Below, piece by piece: positions 1 through 13,550 of a DNA stretch of 64,000 nucleotides (the stretch's first letter is position 1; each line of letters begins with the position of its first letter). The stretch spans positions 80,910,001 to 80,974,000 of the forward strand of contig OZ024747.1 of NCBI GenBank assembly GCA_964016885.1, written 5' to 3'. Position numbers and translations under genes: made by a program. The stretch is from Eledone cirrhosa. Its lineage: Eukaryota. Below the pieces are notes generated by a model. That model had not been told where the DNA came from and searched no databases. It saw only the letters and a list, made by a program, of their open reading frames with translations.

Positions 1-73
1 ATTATGTAAGATAAAGCCTTTACCACAAAAATTCAATAGTATATATAAAGTAATGTAAATACTAAAGGGTTAA
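1..73 (-). mobile_element. End of piggyBac-like MITE (TTAA terminus), truncated by window edge
   Basis: Reverse complement reads ttaaccctttagtatttacattac..., matching the left end of the element at 16217-16422. Confidence 0.55.
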
Positions 74-731
74 ATCGGTACCTATTGTTCTGAATCCTAA
101 TCAAAGCATATTGCTAATGGCAATAAGCATATTGCTAATGATACAAATAAAGACCCATTCATATTTCACTTGTCATCGCATTTACCTCATACATCTTATA
201 TATAAAAAATAATGGATATCCCTCGGTGTCGACGATGAATATTCAGTTGTTGAATCACTTATTCATTAAAATATTGCTTAACGTAGCCCCGAGTCAGAAT
301 CATTGTGATGTCTGTTCGACAGGCTCCCTTATAATTTCCGAGGCTATGGTAAATGAAACTTGTGCAACGTTCCACGCTGATGGTTTGATCTCGGAAACAC
401 GAGGTTAATAATTACACCTCGAGTACCTTATGAATATACATTAGAGTTAACTTGTTTTTTTTAATTAATATAAAAATAATTATAGCAGATATTTTATATA
501 ATTTAAATGAAAAAGATGTTTTTACGTAAAATAATAAAAAAAATAATACAGTTTTAATTACGACATAGCTAATTATATATTAACTGCAAATAACGCTTAA
601 ATAATTTGTCTGCAATTCTTCAGACAATAATCCTCAAATGTTTTATAATAATTACGCATTCAAATATTAATTAGTACAACACACGATTTTTTCTCGTATC
701 CAAACAGATAACAAGAACAAGGTATAAAGCA

Positions 732-792
<61 letters not shown>

Positions 793-818
793 TGCTATAA
801 TGTATATATATATATATA

Positions 819-1136
819 TAGTTATGTAATAAATAACATAAGACAGTTATTCCATTTACCAAAGGTTTCACGAAGACAGATGAGCTCGTCTGTCTTCGTG
901 AAACCTTTGGTAAATGGAATAATTGTCTTATGTTGTTTATTACATAACTAAATAGCTCTGTAGCCTACATAGAGCACTCAGTCCATGGGACGAGTTTGAT
1001 AGAAGTAGTTCCACAACAGTTAGTTCATCATACCGAGAACAAATGTTTCACCTTATGTGGATCATCAGCTCGGTCTCAGACCGCATAAGGGTGAAATATT
1101 TTGTCTCGGTATGGTGAACTAACTGTTGTGGAACTA

Positions 1137-1139
<3 letters not shown>
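819..1139 (-). mobile_element. Penelope-like pLTR-type element in (TA)n: double fold-back with hammerhead
   Basis: Near-perfect palindrome 819-950, second inverted repeat 1003-1139, hammerhead at 1033-1073, (TA)n on both sides. Confidence 0.7.
1033..1073 (-). ncRNA. Minimal type I hammerhead ribozyme
   Basis: Minus strand: ccgag CUGAUGA uccacauaaggu GAAAC auuu GUU cucgg; 5-bp stem I and complete core. Confidence 0.75.
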
Positions 1140-1190
<51 letters not shown>

Positions 1191-1249
1191 TCACTACCTC
1201 CTTACGGACAACTGACGCTGCACACCAGGTCCGAATACAGAAGAGCCGA

Positions 1250-1365
1250 ACTCCTTCTGTCATCGCCTCCATCTCTCTCGCTCTCCCCACCTCTCTGTAT
1301 TACGAGCAAATGGGAACCCACGTGATGGCCACCCCACAGCCCCGGCCGACAGAATGGAGAAGGTG
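1250..1365 (+). repeat. Unclassified interspersed repeat, homologous to 9200-9315 (-)
   Basis: Shared blocks tctctc.cgctctc.cca, gagcaaatggg..cc, tggcc.cccc, acagaat.gagaagg. Confidence 0.5.
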
Positions 1366-1593
1366 TTTCCCCGGAGGATGGCAAGGGAGATGCGCTGGAA
1401 GAGCCATTCAATCTCGCGAGGCTCACACCTGCGGCTAGCGAGCTTAGCTCAGCGCCTATGGTGGTAAGAAGGGAGGTAGCCCAAGAGTCAAGGGAATTTT
1501 GATACCGGCTCTGATGAATTTGTTACATAATGTATCAGTGTTTTGTGTCTACTACTACAAAAACAAAACAGCAACGCACCATTATCACCACTT

Positions 1594-1788
1594 CAGACCT
1601 GTCAACGCTCCCTGTCCGACGGGTAGATCTCCCACCCACTTTGGGGTGGGTGAGAGATGTCTTCTCTTGTGAAAATGGGTATAGCTTTCATTATGTAAAA
1701 TCTCCCCATTTGGCCTCATTTCTTTCCGTTTTGGGGCACTCTTTTTCAAGGTACTCCCTGTTTAGGCTTTTGGAGGTTGACAGGTCTG
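1594..1788. mobile_element. MITE with 13-bp TIRs and 6-bp TSD
   Basis: TIRs cagacctgtcaac / gttgacaggtctg, flanked by direct repeat CCACTT at 1588-1593 and 1789-1794. Confidence 0.8.
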
Positions 1789-2011
1789 CCACTTCATTCA
1801 GGATATAAGGCCGGGAAGTTACCTAAATAGTAACAAACTTAGGATAATTATAATTCCAAATTAAACAAGGATGACCAAGGCGATGTTAAAATTCAATACT
1901 GAATAACATCAATTCGAACTCAGTACACTGTTGTATCTTCTATAGAAAATATTTGAAAGCGAAACTGTTCCTTATACACTCACACGCATGTATACATATA
2001 TGCACATATAT

Positions 2012-2469
<458 letters not shown>

Positions 2470-2837
2470 CTCCTAAAGATTCCTCCTAACGAATGTTGTT
2501 TACTTAAGTTATTTGCTTAAGTTATTCAGAAGTTGGGGGTTACCGACACGAGCAACTTCAGACCCTCAAGCTTTATAGCTTTACAAAAGATATAACTTTC
2601 ATGTAGTCTTTCTCAGTTTTGCACAGACTATCTGTCACCTAAAACCCAATAAACTCAAGTTGTCCTATTGTTTATTTTACAGTGAATTTAAACTTCTAAC
2701 CTCAGGATATGGAACCACCTGTCCAAAAGTATATGAAAATAATGGTAGATACATAGGTGCGTGCTTATGTATTAAAACCTAGAAGAAAGCACACCCACAC
2801 TCACTCACACACACACACACATATATATATATGTATG

Positions 2838-2874
<37 letters not shown>

Positions 2875-3035
2875 TATATATGTATGTATATATATATATA
2901 TATATACATATATATAGATAGATAGATAGATAGATATAGATATATACATATATATATAGATATATATGTTTGTATATATATATGTGTGTATATAACTATA
3001 TCTATATCTATATCTATCTATCTCTCTCTCTCTCT

Positions 3036-3125
<90 letters not shown>

Positions 3126-3132
3126 GAATATA

Positions 3133-3179
<47 letters not shown>

Positions 3180-3459
3180 TATGTGTAATAATGGAAACAT
3201 TTGCATTAATGAATATATTTTGCGTTTAAACGTGTATGGCTCTGTGGTGCGTGGTGTGCTTGTGAGCAGACTATAAATGCAGGCATACAAACAAATCTAC
3301 AACCGTTTTACTTGAAGAAGTTGATAGTGTTGCTCTTGTTGTTGTTGTTGCAGCTGCTCTTCAACATTTACTCTTTCGTTTTCTACAGTTTGTCATTGAA
3401 TCTAAAAAAAAAAAAATCTTTTTAAAATTAGGCATGTTAGATAGTAATCATAACTACGG

Positions 3460-3523
<64 letters not shown>

Positions 3524-3550
3524 GCTGCTGCTCCTGCTACTACTACTTAT

Positions 3551-3819
3551 AATAATTGCTTCTACTATTGGCACAAGGCCAGCAATTATTCAAGTGTATT
3601 ACTGGTACTTTATTTTATCGACCCTGTAAGGATGAAAGGCAAAGTTAACCTGGACGGGTTTTGAATTCAGACCATAAAGGGGCGTAACTCTATATTGGTA
3701 TATTATATGGGCACAAGGCCAGCCATTTTGGGGGAGGGGAAAGTCTATTAAATCGACCCCAGTCCGTGACTGGTACTTTATTTTATCGACCCCGTAAGGA
3801 TGAAAGGCAACGTTAACTT
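3551..3819 (-). mobile_element. Two partial tRNA-derived SINE copies (Meta-like central domain)
   Basis: ctggtactttattttatcgaccc..taaggatgaaaggcaa block plus the ggcacaaggcc tail, same as the full copies at 58185-58568. Confidence 0.8.
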
Positions 3820-4065
3820 GTTGATACTGCAAGGTGTCTATGACGTTCAATGTTCTACGGGGAACTTGTTCTCTTAGTTCTTCAACTAAACATTTAACAT
3901 GTTTCCTATTCGACTATCATGATCCCGTTGGTAAATGACGTTATCTAATAGCAGGGGAAAAGTGATAAATTCGAAATACGTTTTCTAAATTAGATTTGAT
4001 CCTCTAAACGTTAAGTTCCTCATGGTTTGTCACAACGATTCGTGCTCGGAAAAAATAGATACGTA

Positions 4066-4135
<70 letters not shown>

Positions 4136-4137
<2 letters not shown>

Positions 4138-4415
4138 TAAGGTTTGTTGGTTCACCACTGGATAGAACTGGTCATTCCGTATGGTCAATACATTTGAGGG
4201 CGGCTGGCTGTGCAGCTAGTTGGTCAGCCGCCCTCTCTCTTTCTGGTTTCTCGGACCCATAGTTTTTCGGACCCATGGCTTTTTACATATTCCTTTGTTA
4301 TATTCCAATACCAGATGATATCACCGGATTCATATGGAACCCGGTCATTGAAATGATCATAGTATAATAAACCTTTCAAGGATTTACACCAGTCCAGCCT
4401 CCTGTTATTTCATTT
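4136..4415 (+). mobile_element. pLTR-like element in (TA)n with hammerhead-like fold at 4308-4365
   Basis: atac CAGAUGA ...accgg/ccggt... GAAA ugauca UA guau, followed by AATAAA; flanked by (TA)n. Confidence 0.6.
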
Positions 4416-5479
4416 ATATATATATATATATATATGTATATATAAACACTCTCTACTCTGCAATAGCACTGACACACATTCAGCAGAGATAAACACACCT
4501 ACATACACATTCACACGAAAGATGCTTGAATGACGATTACATTTCAATGAAGATAGTGATAAAGAAGGAGAATTTTAACTTAAGTGAATACTTTAAGAAA
4601 AACTAGGTTTCTCACGATAAATTTGGCAATGACAACCATGCCTCGAAGAAATGTTAAATATAACCATCTTCTTTCTATGAATAGAGAATTGAATTCAATA
4701 ATAATAAAAAGTGCACATAACTTCTCATGAATATATATGTGTCTTAATTTAATTTGCAGAAAATTGGCTTAGCAACCAAGTTTTGTGGAGAGGAGCGTTA
4801 GTGACTTTAATTAACAAACTGCTACTCGGAGCTTGCGAGAAGCTGTAAATAGAAGATATCGTCTGGGACACTTATGGGTTGTCTTGAATTAAATATTTCT
4901 CTCTGATAAAACTGGCAAAATGAAAGAATGAGGGGGTAAGGGGAACGACTAGAAATAGAGAAACATGAGGTGTAGGAATGAGAGAATAAAATAGAAGGGA
5001 AAAAGGTGAAAAACGTTAAAAGACATAAAGATAGAAATAATGAATAAAAGAAAAACAGGAATAAAAAGACATAAACGCAAGGAATAACTTTGGTTATTTC
5101 TTTGAAGATAGAAAACACCCGGGGAAAGAGTCTTCAAAGCTTTCTATAATTAATTATAAATACTTCCGGCTTATTTCCTTATTAGAATATGTTTGAAACA
5201 AACCGTCGCGGAAAACACTATGTATATGGTGATGTTTACACCTATAGTAGCCATATTCTCTCTATTCTATACTAACAGAAGATACCATTGATGATCCTTT
5301 GATATTAATCTTGCGACTACATGTTGATATGATTGTTATTATGGCTCTTATTCGTATTTTGATAAAGATAGGCTAACTACATTCTTTGCTGGTGTTGCTA
5401 AGATTTCAAATAATGAAGCAAACAATTATGTAATCATAATATTCCTTGTTAGACGATTATTAATTACTTTTTTAAAAGG

Positions 5480-6330
5480 AGAAAGAGCTATAAATACCAT
5501 AGAAGAGAGAAAAAGAGGGGAAAAGGGATGACTATATGGCTACGGAAGAAAGGGAGAGGGGAGGAGGAGACTGATCGGCTCTATCCCTGGGGCAGGGCGA
5601 AGTTTAAACTGTGCCTTTTGGACAAAACTGCAAAGACATTTCCACGGACAATGGCCCGTGATACCAGCCACAGCAGTATTTGCTTGTCTTCCTGTCCTTT
5701 GCATTGCGGGCCACAATACAGGGGTTTATGGCCGAAGCAACTAAGTTGGAGGCGGAGAATGTGTCACAGCATGCGCATTTTCAGATGAGGGATTTATTTC
5801 CGTCGAATGAGAAGAGGGGAAATTCCGTCGGGGCGCTTGCCGTCTCCGTGGTCGACGCCCACTGGCTTCAGTTGTGATGGGAAGCCAGCTGCATCCAGGC
5901 TCCCTCTCAATATGTCGTTGAGAATGGCATGTCGTGGAAAGCAGCCTCACACACGAAAAAGCGGAGGCAGTGGGCCTCTCCGATGCGAGTGTACTCGTCA
6001 TCAAGAAGGGTACCAGTTGATAGGAGGGCACCGAATTGAGCCATGCACTATGGTTTGGTTGGGAAGCGGATCGGAGGCAGTCGAGGCGGTGTTGGTCCAA
6101 GCCAGGCTCCATCCTCCACCTGAAGGAAGACATGCACTTGATATCAACCCAGTTATGTTGGACATACGTATACTGGGATTAGAGAGGCCATCACGTATCC
6201 TGTCAGAGACTGCTCAAATTCTGGGGCCACGCTAGTTTCGGACGTCTTACTGAGGACCTCACTGAGAAGAGTGTGACTAGATGAGATTGAGGAGAGGTAG
6301 GCCGCCACTGCCAGATCTGAGCCACACATC
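5480..6330 (-). mobile_element. CRE-clade non-LTR retrotransposon 3' fragment (REL endonuclease), degenerate
   Basis: Minus-strand peptides HSAWLNSVPS, GFPSQLKPVGVDHGDGKRPDGI and AIVRGNVFAVL, typical of CRE C-termini; frameshifted. Confidence 0.75.
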
Positions 6331-6495
6331 ACTCCATCTTTCTTAACTTTTAGAAATCAGGGATCTTGTGAAACTTATGAGTTATTGTAAATAGACCTTC
6401 TTAAAGACTCCAATTGCATTTTCAACTTCTTTCCTATATTTTTACCGTTATGGGTTATATGCTGTACCGATTGTGTTGTTATTTCTGTTTACCTG

Positions 6496-6653
<158 letters not shown>

Positions 6654-6654
6654 T

Positions 6655-6713
6655 AGGAAAAGGGTCAGGACCACGACGGTTTAGCTCTGGCCGTTTCGAC
6701 AGCTAGATCTGAA

Positions 6714-6718
<5 letters not shown>
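6655..6718 (-). mobile_element. Short fragment of the hammerhead-element family at 39415-39618
   Basis: aggacc.cgacgg.t.agctc..gccgtttcgac.gcta..tctg shared with 39421-39474. Confidence 0.6.
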
Positions 6719-6752
<34 letters not shown>

Positions 6753-6755
<3 letters not shown>

Positions 6756-7061
6756 TAAAGTTAGTCCTTCATCAGTGATCTTCCAACCATCATTGGTATT
6801 TCATCGCTTTAAAGACCATATATCTCCGGTTGGTGCGAGCAACGGCTAAAAAAAGTCGTTGGGACACGTAAATAAAGGGGACGCGAGAGTAAACAAACAA
6901 AAATGGTGAAGCAACGAAAAGTAAGGAAGAAGGAGTCAAGTCCCAAATTTCTATGGTATATGGTCTTTAAAGCGATGAAAAACCAATGATGGTTGGAAAA
7001 TCACTGATGAAGGACTAACTTTATTCATATGTAACCCATTAGCAACCCCGCAGCACGTTTT

Positions 7062-7066
<5 letters not shown>
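6753..7066 (+). mobile_element. Fold-back element in (TA)n, ~70-bp arms with ~135-bp spacer
   Basis: 6753-6822 is the reverse complement of 6957-7028. Confidence 0.65.
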
Positions 7067-7108
<42 letters not shown>

Positions 7109-7109
<1 letters not shown>

Positions 7110-7340
7110 TCTAGTAAAATTTTGGTAGAAATATTCAAGGGTAAGAGCACTCAGTCCATAGGACGAGTTTAGTATAAATAATTATGAGGGTGATATAAAC
7201 AGTTACTTAAGTTTCGTTGGGTTCGGGACCCCAACTCATTCAACCTGTCACAAGAAAAATAACGACAGGCTGGGTGAGTTGGGGTCCAGAACCCAACAAA
7301 ACTTAAGTACCTGTCTATGTCACTGTTGTAATTATATATA
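7109..7340 (-). mobile_element. Fold-back element with a hammerhead on each arm (7198-7249 minus, 7264-7315 plus)
   Basis: Arm consensus gacagg CUGAAUGA guuggg..cccaac GAAA cuuaag UA ccuguc; shares gagcactcagtccat.ggacgagttt with 972-997. Confidence 0.7.
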
Positions 7341-7404
7341 TGTATGAATTTGTTTTGCAAGGTTTTTGATATGAAATCCTGTGTCGGAACAAATATTGTT
7401 ATAC

Positions 7405-7618
7405 TTGCTGTAATAATATTGCTAGAAATAATAACAGAACACACTCACTGTTTGGTTGGTTTTCGTCTCTGTATCTTTTATCTCTCCATAGTTAATTTAT
7501 TTGGCAATAAACGTTGATTGCCGTATAAATTAACTATGGAGATATAAAAGATACAGAAGCGAAAACCAACCAGTGAGTGTGTTCTGTTATTATTTCTGGC
7601 AACATTTTTACAACAATA
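7405..7618. repeat. Long inverted repeat adjoining (TA)n
   Basis: ~100-bp arms around an apex near 7510. Confidence 0.75.
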
Positions 7619-7634
7619 TGACCATCCCCAAGTG

Positions 7635-7671
<37 letters not shown>

Positions 7672-8600
7672 GATGGCTTCGGCAGTTTCCGGAGTATCAC
7701 ATTTTCTTTGTAAGCATTGGTGAATCCATAAATCCATATAATAGAAGACACATGGCTCAGGGTACCACTCTATAGGAATGAACTCAAAAGCACATGATTC
7801 GGGGGGAGCGAACTCCTTGAAATATTTCCATAATAGCAGTGGGTGTATGGGTTACAGGAACAAGCTGGTCCAGATATTACACTGCGTCATATTTGAAACA
7901 TATTCTTTAGAATTCAAATTTAGCTGCGATCAACATTGTCTTTCATCATTCTGTAATCGATAATGTAAGTGCTAATAATATACCGGATTCTATTCAATTG
8001 ACTGCATAACCTACCAATAGAACGAATTCACCTTGTGACTGGTGAAAAGAAATTCAATACACATGTGTGCTTACACATACAGACCTACACCAGTACACGC
8101 ACTCGCAAACACATGTAGGTATGTATATATTATGTATGTGTTATGCATGTATGTACGCACGTACGTATGTATGTACGTATGTATGTATTTATGGACGTAT
8201 TTATGTATGTATGTATTTATGTATGCATGTAATTTTATTTTTGCAAAATTTTGTCACCAATAAAGAAGAGAGCCGGTTTCTAACACAGAAACCAGACTCT
8301 TTCATCCGAATTTACAAATTATCAATTAAATTATTGTGGATGTAAGAGTGTGTGGAGGTGTAAAAGTGCAGGTAAAAATGTCATTACATGTGTTGACCTT
8401 TACGTTTTGAGGTATATGTACATTTATACGTACGTGTCTATATCTACATGTATGCATATGTCGTTATTGTATGCAAAATTCATGTATCAATGAATGAATG
8501 AATTTTTACGTTGTGCATGCATTAAAGAATCCATACGTGTCTACGTGTATAAAGTTATACAAATTATACATATTTCTCTTTCTCTCTCTCATATACATAC

Positions 8601-8660
<60 letters not shown>

Positions 8661-8719
8661 CAAGTTTAGACGGGAACAAAACAGAGAGGCAGACAAATAA
8701 ATGTTTATTAGGTTCAAGG

Positions 8720-8830
<111 letters not shown>

Positions 8831-9199
8831 AGTTTAGACGTGTTTATAACAACCATATAAGGCAAAGATTAATTCAAAGCTCAAATGTGATTTTATAGTC
8901 CACAGCAAGATAGGTAAAAAGACAGTTCAGAGTTTAATCTATTTGCTAGATTTCTAATCACAGCAGTTTTACAATATCACAAAGCATATTTAACATTAAT
9001 AAGATAACCAGGATTATAGTACATTAAATTATTTTATTGATTTACGAACGTTTCTATCAGTACAGTAAGAAATTCCATTGTTTTCCTCTGAACGGATATT
9101 TATAAGAATGCACTGAAATATTTACTTTGTACTGAAATAAATTCGGAGCTTGAACATTAAGACATGTAGAATATGAATAGCGTGACGCCCACGCCATCC

Positions 9200-9315
9200 A
9201 CCATCCTTCTCTATTCTGTTCATCGTGGCCTCGGGGCGGCCAGCTGTGGACCCCCATTTGCTCATAGTGAAAGATGGAGAGAGCGGGAGAGACGGTAAGG
9301 AAGACAGTGGGAGGT
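9200..9315 (-). repeat. Second copy of the unclassified repeat at 1250-1365
   Basis: Reverse complement aligns by eye with 1250-1365. Confidence 0.5.
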
Positions 9316-10145
9316 TGTTCCTTTGTGTTAGGACTTTGTCTATATGTACATGTTTGAGGGCCTCTCTCTTCACACACACACAACCACATCATATGTGTTA
9401 TGTATACAAGTATTGTAGCTTACGTGCATAAACATTTGAGTGCTCAGTACACGCATCTTACGGCAAAGTTCATTCAATGTGTGCCGCCATTTTCACCGGA
9501 AAATATGAGTATCCTCTGAATCGGTGGATATGTCGCAGACCTAGAAACCTTCCTATAATTTCTTTCCTATTCTTACATTGTTTTTGTTGCTCTTTTTTAC
9601 ATTTGAATATATGCAAATATATGTGTGATAAAAGCTAAGTTCTATTTTTCTGCGACATTAATCACCTTTCCGTTATTTCACTCAAAGTCTCAGACATGGA
9701 ATTAATATGTAATTTCTCGTGTATAGCGGACGTCTTTGAATTACGTGCAATCATTTACTTCTTTGTTTTTTTTTTAAATCTAAAACAAATTTATTTGTAT
9801 TTGACAACGTTTTTCTCTAATTTAAATAAAGTTTACAGATAAAATTGTTGCAGAAAATTAGAATATAATTTTATTTTCTGAACAATAGTTTCGTTTATTA
9901 TTTCATCAAATCTGACAATCTTATCAGGAGAATTAAGAAAATACAAGAAAAAACTAACAAATAAACAGCGGGGAATTAAAATTAAAGATATAAAGATACA
10001 AAGATATAAAGATACAAAAAAACAAAAAAAAACACACAAAGAAATATCGAAAAAAACAAATAAGCACAAAAGACACTTGCGAATTGTTCAAAGAAAATAA
10101 CAACGAAATATATAGATTGAAGATAAATTTGAATATATTATTATT

Positions 10146-10178
<33 letters not shown>

Positions 10179-10529
10179 TAATGCAGCGAAAAATAAGGTA
10201 GAAATGTTGAGAAAATGATTTGTCAGCAGAAGTAGGGTTAGACAATATGATATTGTTTTAAAAGGAAAAAGTCTGTTTTGACTTTATAATCAATACTTGA
10301 AGGAGAATTTAAATATATCAAACAAAATTGTTCCCCGGGAATAATACTTTATTTTATTTGCTTCTCTTATTCTTTCCTTCATTCCATGACAATATCATTC
10401 ATCCACTAGTGTGCATATGGGATGTGGCTTTGTAATGTCTCATTTCAGTCTTAATGCTTCATGTATGCTTATGTCGAACGGCGTCTTGTCTGTTCTCTAC
10501 GTTGTTCCTATTTAATTAAAGACAATGGC

Positions 10530-10828
<299 letters not shown>

Positions 10829-11255
10829 ATATATTAATAAAAGTAATTCCAACTTTGTCTGATTTACTCGTTTTATTTACAATACTTTAAAATTTATAAT
10901 GGTATTAGAATGAAATAGTATGGTAGAATATTAAATGTTAAGTGTTAATTGAACAAGTACTTTCATGCTTTTGCAATCTTCAGGTTCATAATATGTAGTG
11001 ACATCCAAGTTTGCAATTTTCAACTGTTGACAATTGCAAACTTGACTGTCACCACACATTATGAACCTGAAGATTGCGAAAGCATGAAAGTACTTGTTCA
11101 ATTAACACTTAACATTTGATATTCTACCATACTATTTCATTCTAATACCATTATAAATTTTAAAGAATTGTAAATAAAACGAGTAAATCAGACAAAGTTG
11201 GAATTACTTTTATTAATATAATCTTCTATACACAATCATACACACCCGTGTATAT
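10829..11255 (+). mobile_element. ~390-bp fold-back element with a hammerhead in both arms
   Basis: 10829-11023 is the reverse complement of 11027-11220, followed by a short unique tail and (TA)n. Confidence 0.8.
11062..11100 (+). ncRNA. Minimal type I hammerhead ribozyme (mirror copy 10950-10988, minus strand)
   Basis: ugaac CUGAAGA u ugc-gaaa-gca u GAAA guac UU guuca; intact core, GNRA-capped stem II, palindromic stem III (AGUACU). Confidence 0.85.
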
Positions 11256-11280
11256 TTATATATATATATATATATATATA

Positions 11281-11447
11281 TTCATTCTTTAGAAAGCATC
11301 AGGAATCTGATTCCTGATGCTTTCTAAAGAATGAAACAGTTCTAGTCCTGTAGAATCTCATCTATATTAAAACTTTTATACTCTGCAATGTATTGAGTAC
11401 CTTACTTACTGTGGTTACCTCCGATTCAACCCGGAATAACGTACTTT
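11281..11447 (+). mobile_element. Short hammerhead element in (TA)n with 5' hairpin; hammerhead at 11309-11357
   Basis: Perfect inverted repeat 11281-11335; gauuc CUGAUGC uuucuaaagaau GAAAC ag..cu GUA gaauc; ACTC..GAGTAC tail. Confidence 0.75.
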
Positions 11448-11465
11448 ATATATATATATATATAT

Positions 11466-12200
11466 GGCCGTTTTTGTAAGCCTCTACAATGTAGATGGAT
11501 AAATCTCCGCAACAAGATCAGGTGACGGTAGGAAGAATAGAGAGAAGAGGGAGAAGAGGTAGATAGGAAAAAGAAATGAAAAATAAAAATGAAAAACCAG
11601 AGATGAACTTACGATTGATTTATTACTCCCTATATTTCGGATTTCTCATTCATCATCGGGGGTGGATGTCCGAAGGAACCTCGCAGATTGTCGGGGAGTA
11701 ATTTCCGAGACCGGATGTTGCAAGTGTCAGTGTCAAACTCCCTGAAATTAAGCAAACAAATATTTTATATCGGCTGTGCGCATGCGAATTGTGTGCAGTC
11801 ATTCGAAAGTCAGTAAAAATTATAATTATATTTAGTTTATATTAAGGATATTGATAATTCGATTTCAATAGGTCTACGATGGCTAGATTTGAATTTTGTA
11901 TAGTTGTTGGTGTTTCATCTGGCAATTTTAATCTTCGGAATGTCTTTCAGTGGGGCAAAGAAATTATATCGATTTTAATTCTTCTAATACTTTCATCTGT
12001 TTAGTTATTGCCATACACAGAAATTACAATTTTAGACATGTCTATTCTTTAAACTTCCTTATATTCCATTTTAATCCTATTTTCAATCTGTGTTGTTCTG
12101 GTTCAGATTTTGTTAGACAATATTCTACAAGTATTCTACGGTTTGAGTCTGGTGTGTCTTGTTATTTGCTTGGTTTGTTTTTGCATGCATTAGGTCTAAT
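11466..12200 (-). mobile_element. Degenerate Penelope-like element end: hammerhead-like fold 11626-11664 and possible GIY-YIG remnant
   Basis: Minus strand ccc CCGAUGA ... GAAA ua UA ggg then AAUAAA; upstream LKWNI / NCNFC peptides resemble Penelope endonuclease C-termini (weak). Confidence 0.4.
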
Positions 12201-12542
12201 TTCCTAGATTACGTTCTAAATATTTTTAGTGGCAATGTTTTATTTTCGTTGTATGCATTTGTGTATGATTCTTTAGTCTTTGTGTTCGTCGTCCGTGTTT
12301 TACTTATACATTTCGTCTTTTAAGTGTTCTGTTTTCCCTGATCTATTTTGTGTTTAACAGATTTGCTTCATTCCAAATATTAAACGTAAGTTTTGTGAAA
12401 GTTTCATTATTTTCCTTGTGTGAGTAAAGAGAAGCTATAAAATACGTATGAAGTATAGAAACTTGTATGTACTTCTTGATTTATTTGCGAAAGTTTTGAT
12501 GCAAAGGTCGGATATTATTCATGTTGCTATCTCTTTCATCGA

Positions 12543-12775
12543 AGGCGTATGGCTTAGTGGTTAGAGCATTGGGCTTGCAATCGAAAGGTTGTGAGTTTAA
12601 TTCTCGGACCGAATGATGTGTTGTTTCCTTGGGCAAGACACTTTATTTCACCTTGCTCCAGTTTATTCAGCTGTAGATGATAGGACTGTGGTCCCTATCA
12701 TTAAATTACCCAAGACACCTTCAACGAGATATACCTTGGAGGAGGCCAGCTAAACCTTCATAGGTGTGAGCTGTC
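12543..12775 (+). mobile_element. tRNA-derived CORE-SINE
   Basis: A box tggcttagtgg, B-box-like gagtttaattc, CORE-like ccttgggcaagacacttta; homologous to 34903-35133. Confidence 0.8.
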
Positions 12776-13299
12776 ACACACACACATTTTAATCGAGTAC
12801 AAGTATATTTCTTTATGGAGTAAATTTTGCCTACAATATTTCACGTATTTGTTATAACTCAGATTCAAAACACATTTCGTTTTTAATCTTAGGCAGAACT
12901 ATATGGTTTTTGTTTATAATGCTTTTTATCTACTTTTTTGGGGAGAGTGAATCTTTGTGATGAAGACTGGTTTTACAATTTGTGCGTTTAGATGTGGTAG
13001 ACGACCTCTCATTAACAAGATTTGCTATATATTTTTTACTAGTATGTTAATGAATTTACAAAGTTATCCTTAAACATTTTAATTTTCTTCAATCTCTTTC
13101 AATGTTATTTGATTAATGCTAAAGAATATTTTCAATGAATTATAAGCTCCATAAAAATTATACCACTAGTAATTTATTGAACGTTTCTGAATATTACTGA
13201 ATCAGAAACAATTTATAGTGAATTTAGAATTATCCACTTAAAATATTGTTATAAATTCTGCTTATTGTTAATATTATCAGCCGTTTTTTGTTATGGAAT

Positions 13300-13550
13300 T
13301 GTTTCACCTTATATATGAACAACCATTTTAAAACCCTTGTTCCTGCTAAAGCAAAGGTTAACTCTGCGGATCACATGACAAGCTTCTCCATTTTGTCTTC
13401 TCATCTGTAGCCCCCTCACCGGCCTGTAGGCTTTAATTCTTTCCTCAATTATCTTCAGCCATGTTTTCCTTGGTCTTCCATTTTCTCTACTTCCTTCCAC
13501 ATTCATTTCAACCGCTCCACTGACCCAGTTACTTTCATCCTTCGTCGGCT
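13300..13550 (-). mobile_element. RTE-clade LINE 3' fragment
   Basis: Peptide MNVEGSRENGRPRKTWLKII matches the RTE C-terminal GRPRKTW motif. Confidence 0.65.

Noticed and set aside
375-410. ctgatgg...gaaacacgaggtt as a hammerhead
   Set aside because: Core mismatch and no stem I pairing.
2580-2625. Minus-strand ctgaga...gaaa hammerhead-like string
   Set aside because: Core lacks a nucleotide and the stems are weak.
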